17,692 bases of DNA, taken from assembly GCA_049423385.1 (NCBI GenBank), contig JBMSQQ010000070.1, forward strand, positions 1-17,692, read 5' to 3'. The stretch is from Silvanigrellaceae bacterium. GTDB taxonomy: Bacteria > Bdellovibrionota_B > Oligoflexia > Silvanigrellales > Silvanigrellaceae. Numbering within the stretch: the stretch's first letter is position 1; every line of letters begins with the position of its first letter. A program made the translations under genes and the position numbers. Shown in pieces: positions 7,240-15,402 of this stretch. The notes beneath the pieces are model-generated. The model saw only the letters and a list, made by a program, of their open reading frames with translations, was not told where the DNA came from and did no database searches.

Positions 7240-8871
7240 ATGTTTTATTTCAGAAGGTTGGCAGGATCATTCTGCCGGGCATCTCATTCCCCGCTTTTGG
7301 GGTTCATGTTCAGTTCAATCTGCATGACCCTTGGCAGTTTTCTGCCGGTTTTGGGAGCATTTGCCGCGGAGCCAGCTTCTGACAGCCTGGGTGTTGCTTT
7401 TGATGCCCGACCCAGAACCGTCGACCCCAGATTTGTTTCAACCGATGCCAACAGTCAGTATTTGGAACCAATGCTGTTTCTACCCCTCTTTGGATTCTCG
7501 GAGAGTGGCTTGCCACAGGGTGTGGTTGCTGAGACCTTCAGCTTTCAGGGACCCAAGTCGCTGATTATAAAAATTCGCTCCGGATTGCGTTTCCGTTTGG
7601 GTCGCAACATCGATGCTGATGATGTTGTTGCCACCTATCAATTCATTCTGGGTCGATCTGGTCTCGCCCTTCCCGCAAGTCCCAGGCGGGGGGCATTTGA
7701 ACGTGTGGAGTCTGTGAGCAAAATATCTCCAGACGAAGTGAAGTTCATTCTGAGCGAACCGGATGCTTCGCTGGTGTCCAATCTTGTGGTGGGGATTTTA
7801 CCCAAAGAGGCAATGGCGCTTCCACCCGATGGAATTTTTGCCGACAAGGGTTTTGAGTCTGGTCCTTTCGTTCTCGAGTCCATGGGAGAGATTGATTGGA
7901 TTCTGCGGAGAAACGAAAAATACACGGGAGCACCATTCGGAGGTGCTTTTCCCGGGCTCAAAAAAATCGTTTTTAAAATTCTGACCGACAACAACACCCG
8001 ATATGCAGCGTTGCTCAAGGGCGACGTCGATCTTGTTCAGAATGGTCTCGATACCGACAAGATATCTGAATTCAGCAACAAGAGATCCGATGCCTTCAAT
8101 GTTCAATTGCGGACTTCTGATTCCACGGCATTTTTGGCGTTCAATCTCAAAAACAAGTTGTTGTCTGACGTGCGGGTGCGCCGAGCCATCGGGTTGGCAA
8201 TCAATCGCGAGGAAATTTTGCGATTCACTCTGCAGGGTCTTGGACAAGTTGCAGATTCTATGTTTCCACCCGGTCACGAATATCATTTTGCAAATTCAAA
8301 GGCCTTGAATTTCAATACCCGGGAAGCTGAGACTCTGCTTGATGCTGCTGGTTTTCCAGATCCTGATGGAGTCAAGGGTAAAAAGGAGCGAGCATCGTTC
8401 ACCATCACGGTTCCACTCAATCGTGAACGGATTGCCGTTGCAAAGGCAATTGCTGGGCAACTCAAGAATGTTGGACTCAAAGTGAAGGTTGAGGTTCTCG
8501 AATTCAATGCTTTCATGAAACACCTCAACGAAGGCAACGTGCAGGCCTGGATAGCGCCGTGGACGGGTTACAAGGACGGGGATCACCTGCACTTCGTTTT
8601 CCATTCCAGCCGAATTCCGCCAAATGGGGCAAATCGCGGCTTTTATTCAAACAAGAATCTCGACAAGCTTTTGGACGACGGCAAATCCGAGGCGAGACCT
8701 GCGGCTCGAAAAGCCTTGTACCAGAGAGCACAAAGCATACTTGCCGAAGAGCTGCCCTATGTTTTTTTGTGGCACCGGATTGGACATGTTGTGACAAGCA
8801 AAAACGTCAGCGGTTTCAAAATATTTGCAGACGGAAGATATTCCTCACTCACCACAACCCAGAAACGGTGA
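7240..8871 (+). CDS. ABC transporter substrate-binding protein, family 5 (DppA/OppA/NikA-like)
   Basis: PRTVDPRF, DADDVVATY, SGPFVL, L.RNEKY, KIVFKILTDNNTRYAALLKGDVD, LSDVRVRRAIGLAINREEI, NRGFYSN..LDKLLD, LAEELPYVFLWH. ATG 7240 has the SD AAGGGAG, so it is preferred over 7195. Confidence 0.93.
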   Translation: MFYFRRLAGSFCRASHSPLLGFMFSSICMTLGSFLPVLGAFAAEPASDSLGVAFDARPRTVDPRFVSTDANSQYLEPMLFLPLFGFSESGLPQGVVAETFSFQGPKSLIIKIRSGLRFRLGRNIDADDVVATYQFILGRSGLALPASPRRGAFERVESVSKISPDEVKFILSEPDASLVSNLVVGILPKEAMALPPDGIFADKGFESGPFVLESMGEIDWILRRNEKYTGAPFGGAFPGLKKIVFKILTDNNTRYAALLKGDVDLVQNGLDTDKISEFSNKRSDAFNVQLRTSDSTAFLAFNLKNKLLSDVRVRRAIGLAINREEILRFTLQGLGQVADSMFPPGHEYHFANSKALNFNTREAETLLDAAGFPDPDGVKGKKERASFTITVPLNRERIAVAKAIAGQLKNVGLKVKVEVLEFNAFMKHLNEGNVQAWIAPWTGYKDGDHLHFVFHSSRIPPNGANRGFYSNKNLDKLLDDGKSEARPAARKALYQRAQSILAEELPYVFLWHRIGHVVTSKNVSGFKIFADGRYSSLTTTQKR

Positions 8872-8875
8872 GAGC

Positions 8876-9796
8876 ATGTGGCTGAGATGGATGGTCTTGC
8901 CGGCACGATTCGTCTTTGTCCTGCTGTCGGTTGTGACGCTCATTTTTTTCATTCAAAGGATGATTCCAGGAACACCCGCCGACGCTGTTTTGGGTCCCGA
9001 TGCGGCATTGGTTCAAAAAATGAAATGGATGCATGACAATGGCTTGGATTTGCCATTGAGTGATCAGTACGTAGCGTATCTCAAACGATTGTTGCAGGGA
9101 GATCTTGGGACGAAAATTGTAGATGGAAAGCCGATTGCTCCAATTTTGAGGGAGCGTCTTTCTGCCACTTTCAAATTGGCCGGATCTGCATTTTTATTCT
9201 CGCTCGTTTTTGCCTTTGCATCTGGAGTTTTGGGTGCGATGCGACCGGGATCGCGCACGGACAATCTTCTCGCGTTGGCTTCACTCGTGTTGGTTTCTGC
9301 GCCCGTCTTTATCACCGGGACACTTTTGCTTTGGATCTTTTCCGTCAACTTGAATCTTTTTCCGCTCACTGGAAATGGTGGTGTAAAGGCGTTGTTTCTT
9401 CCTTCAGTGACTTTGGGCGCGGCTTTGGCCGCCACAACCGGAAGAATGATGCGGGCAATGCTTCTGGATGTGATGTCGGAAAACTACATTCGAACCGCGC
9501 GTGCAAAAGGGGTTGGATTTGCTGGACTATATTTCAAGCACGCGCTCAGAAATGCAGTTTTGCCTGTGTTGGCCATTCTGGGTTTGCAGTTGGCTGGATT
9601 GTTGGGTGGGACGGTGATCACTGAACAGGTGTTTACCTGGCCGGGACTTGGAAGCCTGATGATCGAGGCTGTGAATCAGCGTGACTACAATCTTGTCTCA
9701 GCCTGCGTGATTGTTCTTGCGACGATTCACGTGCTGGTTGCCTGGCTGGTTGAGTTGCTGCAAAGGATCGTTGATCCGCGGACGGAAATCCGATGA
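8876..9796 (+). CDS. Peptide/nickel ABC transporter permease (DppB/OppB-like)
   Basis: MIPGTPADAVLG, GLDLPLSDQYVAYL..LLQGDLG, EAA loop YIRTARAKGV..KHALRNA, TEQVFTWPGLG, DPR end. ATG 8876 is 4 nt after the SBP stop. Confidence 0.94.
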   Translation: MWLRWMVLPARFVFVLLSVVTLIFFIQRMIPGTPADAVLGPDAALVQKMKWMHDNGLDLPLSDQYVAYLKRLLQGDLGTKIVDGKPIAPILRERLSATFKLAGSAFLFSLVFAFASGVLGAMRPGSRTDNLLALASLVLVSAPVFITGTLLLWIFSVNLNLFPLTGNGGVKALFLPSVTLGAALAATTGRMMRAMLLDVMSENYIRTARAKGVGFAGLYFKHALRNAVLPVLAILGLQLAGLLGGTVITEQVFTWPGLGSLMIEAVNQRDYNLVSACVIVLATIHVLVAWLVELLQRIVDPRTEIR

Positions 9797-10662
9797 ACAT
9801 TCATCAACAGGCATGGCGCGTCATCCGTTCAAAATGGTCTTCGATGCTTGGCTTCCATGTTTTTTTGATTTGGACGTTTGTTGCCATTCTGCCGCTTGTG
9901 TTTCCCGATTTGTCGGATATTGATGTGAAACTTCCTTTCACCCGGATTCCGCCTGCTCTCGATATTTCCGAGCCAGTGGGTTGGCTGGGATATGATGCTG
10001 TGGGCTCGAGCCTGCTGTTGCAGATCGTAAATGGTGCCAGTGTCTCCTTGATTGTTGGCGTTGCCACTGTGGTCGCAAGTTTGTCGATAGGTGTGCCACT
10101 CGGCGCACTTGCGGGCTACCGGGGTGGTTGGATTGACGATGTTGTTGGCCGCCTCATGGATGTATTGCTTGCTTTTCCTCCATTGGTTTTGCCACTGGCC
10201 ATCGCGGTGTTTTTTGGTGGTGGCCTGGCCACTGTTGTTTTCGCCTTGTGTGTGGGCGGCTGGATTGGCTCGGCGAAAATCGTTCGTTCGCAGTTCCGTA
10301 GCCTGAAAAACTCGGATTTTGTATCAGCAGCTGTGGCCGCCGGTGCCTCTCCGGCAAGGGTCATGTTTCGCCACATGCTTCCCAACGTTGTTTCTCCTCT
10401 TCTGGTTCATGCAACCTTCAGCATGGCGGGGGCTGTTTTGGCCGAGGCGGGCCTGAGTTTTCTGGGACTTGGGTTGGGTGACGGTCACGTCTCCTGGGGC
10501 GGAATGTTGAATGATGCCCGTGCCTACTTGATTGAATCACCCCACATGGCTATTTTCCCGGCGTTGGCGATTCTGAGCCTGGTTTTGGCACTCAATTTTC
10601 TGGGTGAGAGCTTCAGAACGGCGTTGGATCCCAGGCAGTCGGATCTGATGAAGGGTGAATGA
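9793..10662 (+). CDS. Peptide/nickel ABC transporter permease (DppC/OppC-like)
   Basis: WLGYDAVG, GASVSLIVG, GALAGYRGGWID, FVSAAVAAGAS..RHMLPN, EAGLSFLGLG, SWGGML, NFLGESFRTALDPR. ATGA overlap with the upstream permease. Confidence 0.94.
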   Translation: MNIHQQAWRVIRSKWSSMLGFHVFLIWTFVAILPLVFPDLSDIDVKLPFTRIPPALDISEPVGWLGYDAVGSSLLLQIVNGASVSLIVGVATVVASLSIGVPLGALAGYRGGWIDDVVGRLMDVLLAFPPLVLPLAIAVFFGGGLATVVFALCVGGWIGSAKIVRSQFRSLKNSDFVSAAVAAGASPARVMFRHMLPNVVSPLLVHATFSMAGAVLAEAGLSFLGLGLGDGHVSWGGMLNDARAYLIESPHMAIFPALAILSLVLALNFLGESFRTALDPRQSDLMKGE

Positions 10663-10697
10663 CACCGGGAAACTGGTTTTTTGTGAAGAGGTGTAGG

Positions 10698-11087
10698 ATG
10701 AGCGGTTCTGAAATTCTTGTACCGGTATCGGTGGGCGAACTGCTCGACAAAATCACGATTCTCCAGATTAAGAACGAACGCATCAAGGATCCAACAAAAC
10801 TGGTCAACATCCGCAAGGAATTGGATGCGCTTGTTGCGACCTGCCGAAAGAACGCTATCGATGTCGCTCATCCGTTGGTGGGTGAGTTGAAAAAAATCAA
10901 CGAGACGCTTTGGGTTGTGGAAGACGATATCCGTGACAAGGAACGAGCAAAGCTTTTCGATCAGCAGTTTATTGAGCTTGCGCGTGCGGTGTATGTGACC
11001 AACGATCGTCGATTTCAAGTGAAGGCACAAATCAACAAGGCCATGGGCTCTGCCTACGCCGAAGAAAAGAGCTACCAGCCTTATTGA
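10698..11087 (+). CDS. Conserved hypothetical protein, DUF6165-like
   Basis: ILVPVSVGELLDKITILQIKNERI..NIRKEL..LKKINETLWVVEDDIRDKE..FDQQFIELARAVYVTNDRR..K..IN..GS...EEKSY. GAGGTG SD before ATG 10698. Confidence 0.85.
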   Translation: MSGSEILVPVSVGELLDKITILQIKNERIKDPTKLVNIRKELDALVATCRKNAIDVAHPLVGELKKINETLWVVEDDIRDKERAKLFDQQFIELARAVYVTNDRRFQVKAQINKAMGSAYAEEKSYQPY

Positions 11088-11153
11088 GGAGGGTAGGTTT
11101 CAATCTTTTTATTCTCTCATCACATCTGGATTTAGAGGCGATCGCCTCGCGTT

Positions 11154-12197
11154 TCAAAACAAAAACCAGAGCCCACCCAGAAAATCAATCATCTTGATTC
11201 CAGAGACGTTTGCGGAACCTGTGAAAATGAATGTGTAGTTTGAAACCAATGCTATCCGGAGGTTTTGACTGATGGAAAAATCAAGCTGTCCATCGGTACC
11301 AACATAGTTGGTTGTTCCCTCCGGAAAAAACTTGGAACCCGAATCTGATTTTATCATGAAAGTATAATTGAATGTTGGGCCAAGCGTAACCCCAAGGATA
11401 CCCTTGGCATATCGGAATCCCAAGCGAGTAAAAAGTTCGCCATTGAACGTCTTTCCGCTGAATTCTCCGGTTTTGTCGTTGACGCCAAAAGTCTTGAAAC
11501 CACGAAACACCGGACCCATTCCGAATGTGAAACCTTCTCGGGAATTGCGGACATTTCTTGAAGGTGCAGAAAACCACTCATATGTCAGCCTGCTTTGGTA
11601 TCGAACAATGGAGATGTTTGAAGAGCTCAGTTGGGTGGCTCCTGCAAGAAACATGAGCCCGTCATCGGGAATATTCCTGGAAAATATGGCGGCATCCGGG
11701 CCCTTGGCGATATCTGGGCCCTTTTTGTTCGGTTTTGACGATTCGGATGTTTCTTCTGAAGACCCTGTCGTCAATGTTGAAGAAGTGGAAGGATTTGCAA
11801 AGTCGTAGGGCTTTTTCAGCAACACCTCGGCACCTTCCAGTGGTAACTGGCAATGTGCTTTTTTGAGAAGAGCATCGATGGTCTTTCCGCTCGCTCTCTC
11901 GATGCGGGCAGGAATCGCACTGTTGTCTCGTCGCACCCAGACGATTGAGCCCTGCTTCAGGAGCAGAAAATTTATGTTTTCGGTCGAGATCGTGATCTTG
12001 CATTTGTTTTGCGTTGTAATCGTGACCTGCCCATCTGCTTCCTGATTTTTGGGCTTTTCATCGTTGGCTTCGTCTTGGGGTTTGGGTGCTTGAGGAGCAA
12101 CGGCTTCAGATTCTGCTCTTGCCTCGCGAAATGCGAAGTTTTGCACTAAAAAAATCATGAAAAAGGAAAGAACCCCGGGGATTTTTCTGCAAATCAA
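11154..12197 (-). CDS. Hypothetical outer-membrane protein (signal peptide, N-terminal beta domain, S/T linker, C-terminal beta-barrel)
   Basis: TTG start with AGGTGA SD and a signal peptide ending AFREARA. The C-terminal ~170 aa has alternating amphipathic strands and ends IDFLGGLWFLF (terminal Phe, BAM beta-signal-like). Confidence 0.7.
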   Translation of the reverse strand: MICRKIPGVLSFFMIFLVQNFAFREARAESEAVAPQAPKPQDEANDEKPKNQEADGQVTITTQNKCKITISTENINFLLLKQGSIVWVRRDNSAIPARIERASGKTIDALLKKAHCQLPLEGAEVLLKKPYDFANPSTSSTLTTGSSEETSESSKPNKKGPDIAKGPDAAIFSRNIPDDGLMFLAGATQLSSSNISIVRYQSRLTYEWFSAPSRNVRNSREGFTFGMGPVFRGFKTFGVNDKTGEFSGKTFNGELFTRLGFRYAKGILGVTLGPTFNYTFMIKSDSGSKFFPEGTTNYVGTDGQLDFSISQNLRIALVSNYTFIFTGSANVSGIKMIDFLGGLWFLF

Positions 12198-12262
12198 GTC
12201 ATCACCTGCAAATTGTAAGCTTGAACTTCAATTTAAACGTGAAAAGTGTCTTTAAACAAGGA

Positions 12263-12338
12263 TGGAGCCTCCGACAGGATTTGAACCTGCGACCCTCGCA
12301 TTACGAATGCGATGCTCTACCAGCTGAGCTACAGAGGC
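12263..12338 (-). tRNA. tRNA-Thr (anticodon CGT)
   Basis: GCCTCTGTAGCTCAGCTGGTAGAGCATCGCATTCGTAATGCGAGGGTCGCAGGTTCAAATCCTGTCGGAGGCTCCA: 76 nt, cloverleaf, anticodon arm TCGCA-TTCGTAA-TGCGA, encoded CCA. Confidence 0.97.
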
Positions 12339-12358
12339 GAGGAGTGAGGCGGAAGAAG

Positions 12359-12434
12359 TGGTGGCGCCTCCCAGAATCGAACTGGGGACACGTAGATTTT
12401 CAATCTACTGCTCTACCGACTGAGCTAAAGCGCC
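12359..12434 (-). tRNA. tRNA-Phe (anticodon GAA)
   Basis: GGCGCTTTAGCTCAGTCGGTAGAGCAGTAGATTGAAAATCTACGTGTCCCCAGTTCGATTCTGGGAGGCGCCACCA: 76 nt, anticodon arm GTAGA-TTGAAAA-TCTAC, encoded CCA. Confidence 0.97.
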
Positions 12435-13041
12435 AACGTGGTGAGGGTCCTAATATAGGGCCGAATAGGCTGTCAAGCATCACGGGGCTATTTGCACAGT
12501 CGATTCGACTGTTTTCAAGAAAACTCATCAGTTTTGCAGCCTTTGCTGTTTCGGTCCGAAGAATCAAGCGATGCCCTTGCCTGACCTGGTCGCTGAGCTT
12601 TTCGCTCCAATGGGATGTCCTCGGGCAGAGCAATGTTGCCGTCGATTTTGCTGCAGCATCGGTTGGAGCTGCCACGTGAATCCCCCACAAGGGCAGTGCT
12701 GCCTTGCCGAGTCTACCCGTTGCCTCGGCAAGGCAGAGTGTTCGGAGCGTTGCCATGGTCAGCGCACGTTGCCGATCCACTTCCTCCGGCCAAGGCTGAA
12801 CTTTTGCAGTCCTCGATGCAACAGTTTGAGAGTTGCAGGCTGTTGCACTGAACCGAGAACCCTCTTTTTCCAGCGCGCTCCAAATGTTGCGAAGATTACT
12901 GTCCTGCTGTCGCGACTGGGACTCAATTCTCTGATTGAGAAGACCTCTTATCCAGAGTGGGGCCGAGAGCAGCGTGCACAATAGTGGCAACGCTACAATG
13001 AGTTCCATCAGTGCCTGACCTCGAATTTGGTCAAATTTCAT
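12400..13041 (-). CDS. TadE/TadF-like pseudopilin; 3' end overlaps tRNA-Phe
   Basis: From ATG 13041: MKFDQIRG|QALMELIVALPLLCTLL, a class III prepilin site with Glu at +5 and a hydrophobic helix. The start overlaps the upstream gene's stop (13031). Confidence 0.75.
   Translation of the reverse strand: MKFDQIRGQALMELIVALPLLCTLLSAPLWIRGLLNQRIESQSRQQDSNLRNIWSALEKEGSRFSATACNSQTVASRTAKVQPWPEEVDRQRALTMATLRTLCLAEATGRLGKAALPLWGIHVAAPTDAAAKSTATLLCPRTSHWSEKLSDQVRQGHRLILRTETAKAAKLMSFLENSRIDCANSPVMLDSLFGPILGPSPRWRFSSVGRAVD
12447..12476 (-). promoter_or_regulatory. Probable promoter of the tRNA-Phe/tRNA-Thr pair, embedded in the upstream ORF
   Basis: Perfect TTGACA on the minus strand (12476-12471), followed by TATATTAGGAC just upstream of tRNA-Phe. 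The exact -10 register is ambiguous. Confidence 0.5.
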
Positions 13042-13981
13042 CTTCGAGGTCTTCAACTGAAATCGTCCAATTCGGAAATGCGGATTGAGGAGACAAGCCA
13101 TTTCGAGTCCAGATATCTGGAAGCGAAAAGCCAGGACAAAGTCCTTGCGACTCTTTCTTCGCGCTCTTTTTGCAAAAAGCGGCATGGGTCAAAACAAATT
13201 TTTTTCCTCCGAAAGGGGATTCCATGCTCTCCCGCTTCACAACTGCCGTGGTTGTTCCCAATGGTAGAAGGCCGTCATTCAACACGAAGTCTTCGTCAAT
13301 TCGAATGAGAGTCATGCCATCGGCTGGATCAAAGTGAACCGTCAGCGGCCTCAGATCTGTCATTTGTCGAAAGGGTGGAGCTGAAAGGAATGTCTGTCGC
13401 GCCGCAAATTTGCAACCATCGCCTTTGCGGGAAAATAACCCCCCAGGTCTTATTTGACCTTGGTTTACAAACAAAAGACAGACTGTCTCGGTAAAGGTCA
13501 ATGGATCAAGTTTCGAAAGCATTTCGGGTGGCAATCGTCGGATGGCTATCTTGTTCGCGGCTACAAGTTTTCCCAGGGCCTGGCCAGCGAGTGGGGCAGC
13601 GGAGAGAAATACAGAAAAGTTTTTTTCCAGCAAAGTTCTTGGCAAATCTTTTTCCCAAAGTGGACTGCTTGCGGCGATGTCCAGCGATCTTCCCGCTGCA
13701 GATAGATAAACGTCACCAACCAGACTGAGAATCTTGGCAACGCGAAGATTGTTTTCAGCAATCGAGTTCAACACGCTGGCAGTCGTCATCTTTCGCTTGT
13801 ACAATTCCTGAAATTCAGCCTCATCCCGAGAAAGATTTTTGGAAGATGAGAATAAAAAACTCGCGAGAGAAATTCCCAAGGCTGCGAAAAGAGCCATGAG
13901 TAGAGCCAGCAATGGCAAAACTTGACCACGCTCGCTAATGGATGATGACCCGCTCTGGATGGAAACGACTGCATCATTCAT
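13031..13981 (-). CDS. TadG-like pilus-associated protein (pseudopilin without E5)
   Basis: From ATG 13981, overlapping the upstream stop as ATGAATGA: ..SERG|QVLPLLALLMALFAALGISLA, a Tad-like N-terminal motif, then a soluble domain with 4 Cys. Confidence 0.7.
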   Translation of the reverse strand: MNDAVVSIQSGSSSISERGQVLPLLALLMALFAALGISLASFLFSSSKNLSRDEAEFQELYKRKMTTASVLNSIAENNLRVAKILSLVGDVYLSAAGRSLDIAASSPLWEKDLPRTLLEKNFSVFLSAAPLAGQALGKLVAANKIAIRRLPPEMLSKLDPLTFTETVCLLFVNQGQIRPGGLFSRKGDGCKFAARQTFLSAPPFRQMTDLRPLTVHFDPADGMTLIRIDEDFVLNDGLLPLGTTTAVVKRESMESPFGGKKFVLTHAAFCKKSAKKESQGLCPGFSLPDIWTRNGLSPQSAFPNWTISVEDLEDEI

Positions 13982-14603
13982 GAGACCCACCGTTTGTTGA
14001 TGCAACCTTGAAATAAGGAACAAGGGAAATGCTTGGCTCACGGCTGGAGAATCCAATCAAAGAGATTCCTCTGGAGGTTCCCGAATTTTGAGTCGTAAAT
14101 TGTCCAAGACAATTTCTGCGATCCGACACTATGCGCAGCAGAGGTTCAAGCCAGCTCTTTATGCAAACCTGAATCTTGACTTCGTTTTTTGCCTGTTTCC
14201 GCTCGAAGGTCGGACCCAAGACAGACACTCTGATTCCATTGAAAGGAATTGACTTGGGATCGCCGTTCGGAAGCATCCATGCAAGAACGGATTTCTGTAA
14301 TAATGAGTCCACATTGTTGGCGATCTTCTCCTCGATGGCTTTTTTTTGGGTGTTCTCCGGCACCGAAAAAGTCCCAACGAGAATGTTTTGGAGACTTGAA
14401 TACGAAAGTTCAGCCGCTCTGGCCTGCGCAAGCAGGTTTAGCGAATTTTCGGTGGCCTGGAGTCGGAATAGCTCATGCACTCCGGCAGCTCCTGCACAGA
14501 TGATTGGAATGCAGATTGCAAACTCAGCGACAGACAATCCATTCCTCCCTTTCGGCTGATGAGCCAGATTTTGATGATTTGCGGCGACCCTGATTGTACT
14601 CAC
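13974..14603 (-). CDS. TadE-like pseudopilin
   Basis: RNG|LSVAEFAICIPIICAGAAGVHELFRLQATENSLNLLAQARAAELS follows the TadE pattern G...vEFal..P.......e........l..Aa...aR. C-terminal beta region with a Cys pair. The exact start is uncertain. Confidence 0.78.
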   Translation of the reverse strand: MSTIRVAANHQNLAHQPKGRNGLSVAEFAICIPIICAGAAGVHELFRLQATENSLNLLAQARAAELSYSSLQNILVGTFSVPENTQKKAIEEKIANNVDSLLQKSVLAWMLPNGDPKSIPFNGIRVSVLGPTFERKQAKNEVKIQVCIKSWLEPLLRIVSDRRNCLGQFTTQNSGTSRGISLIGFSSREPSISLVPYFKVASTNGGSHE

Positions 14604-15402
14604 TGATCGGACCGCATCTCATGGGATCGATATCGGTTCCTTGAGTTATTTGAGGTTTGACGGGAACCGGTGTTTGAATCGTGTTTTGTAAAAATCCTGA
14701 ATCCGAAGATTTCATCTCTCCAAAATTCTTCCCATCTCTTGATGACAACGGTTTCTGGTCGGGGTTTTGGGATTTGTATTCTGTGTTTTGTCTTTCAGAA
14801 ACGGCATTTTGGCTGGCTTCGGGTGGGAAATTTGAGTTTAGTGACTTGAAGCTATTTCCCCAGAATTTTAATCCGGTCAAAAGCGCAAGGGCGAATGGGA
14901 TCAAGACGATAATCCAGACACCAAAGTGCTTTGGTCCCAGAGTCAAGAATCGGTGCGGTCTGATCAACATTGAATGAACAGAATCAAAATAAAATGACTC
15001 GAAAGATCTGAAAATGCGTTGTCCTCCATTATCATCAATTCTAATCAGATTGCCGTCTGTGGAAATGCGGGAGTGATTTTTTTCACTTTTGGTGGATGCG
15101 ATGTAGGGCTGAAGAGTCGCAAGATTGAGAGCCATGAGTTGGCTCTCAAAATGTCTTCCGTTTGCCGCGGGAAGAGCGGAATATTCAAAGCGCAGGAAAG
15201 GCAAGAGAGTCAGTCTGAACCAGTAGGTTCCGCCAATGAATTTTGCAGGTATGGAAACCGAAAGTATCCTTTTCTGAAGTTCCTCAAAACCCTGTTCCTG
15301 GATAAAAGGATAAAAGCCTTGGATGATGAAGTCCTCAATGGCCCTCAGCGGTCTTGTTCCAATGTGAAAATATTTTTTTTCGAGGTCAATCGTCAGGTTC
15401 AT
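14524..15402 (-). CDS. Hypothetical single-pass membrane protein in the Tad operon
   Basis: ATG abuts the secretin stop (TGA-ATG). One hydrophobic segment FGVWIIVLIPFALALLTGL at about residues 160-180, then a low-complexity S/Q/N/P tail. Overlaps the next gene by up to 80 nt. Confidence 0.7.
   Translation of the reverse strand: MNLTIDLEKKYFHIGTRPLRAIEDFIIQGFYPFIQEQGFEELQKRILSVSIPAKFIGGTYWFRLTLLPFLRFEYSALPAANGRHFESQLMALNLATLQPYIASTKSEKNHSRISTDGNLIRIDDNGGQRIFRSFESFYFDSVHSMLIRPHRFLTLGPKHFGVWIIVLIPFALALLTGLKFWGNSFKSLNSNFPPEASQNAVSERQNTEYKSQNPDQKPLSSRDGKNFGEMKSSDSGFLQNTIQTPVPVKPQITQGTDIDPMRCGPISEYNQGRRKSSKSGSSAEREEWIVCR

Noticed and set aside
11138..11145. HIP1 octamer GCGATCGC as a sign of cyanobacterial origin
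   Set aside because: I noticed only one copy in 17.7 kb, and the gene content does not look cyanobacterial.
12263..12434. tRNA-anchored integrative element
   Set aside because: No integrase is present and I did not spot a duplicated tRNA 3' end in the window. An att copy outside the window cannot be excluded.
12221..12679. 152-aa plus-strand ORF
   Set aside because: It is the antisense translation of the two tRNAs (WSLRQDLNLRP, WWRLPESNWGH), a known spurious-ORF pattern.
13042..13185. Longer ORF-track starts (13185; likewise 14056, 7195, 8825, 10659, 17344)
   Set aside because: Downstream ATGs fit better with SD sequences, stop/start coupling and the position of prepilin or signal motifs.
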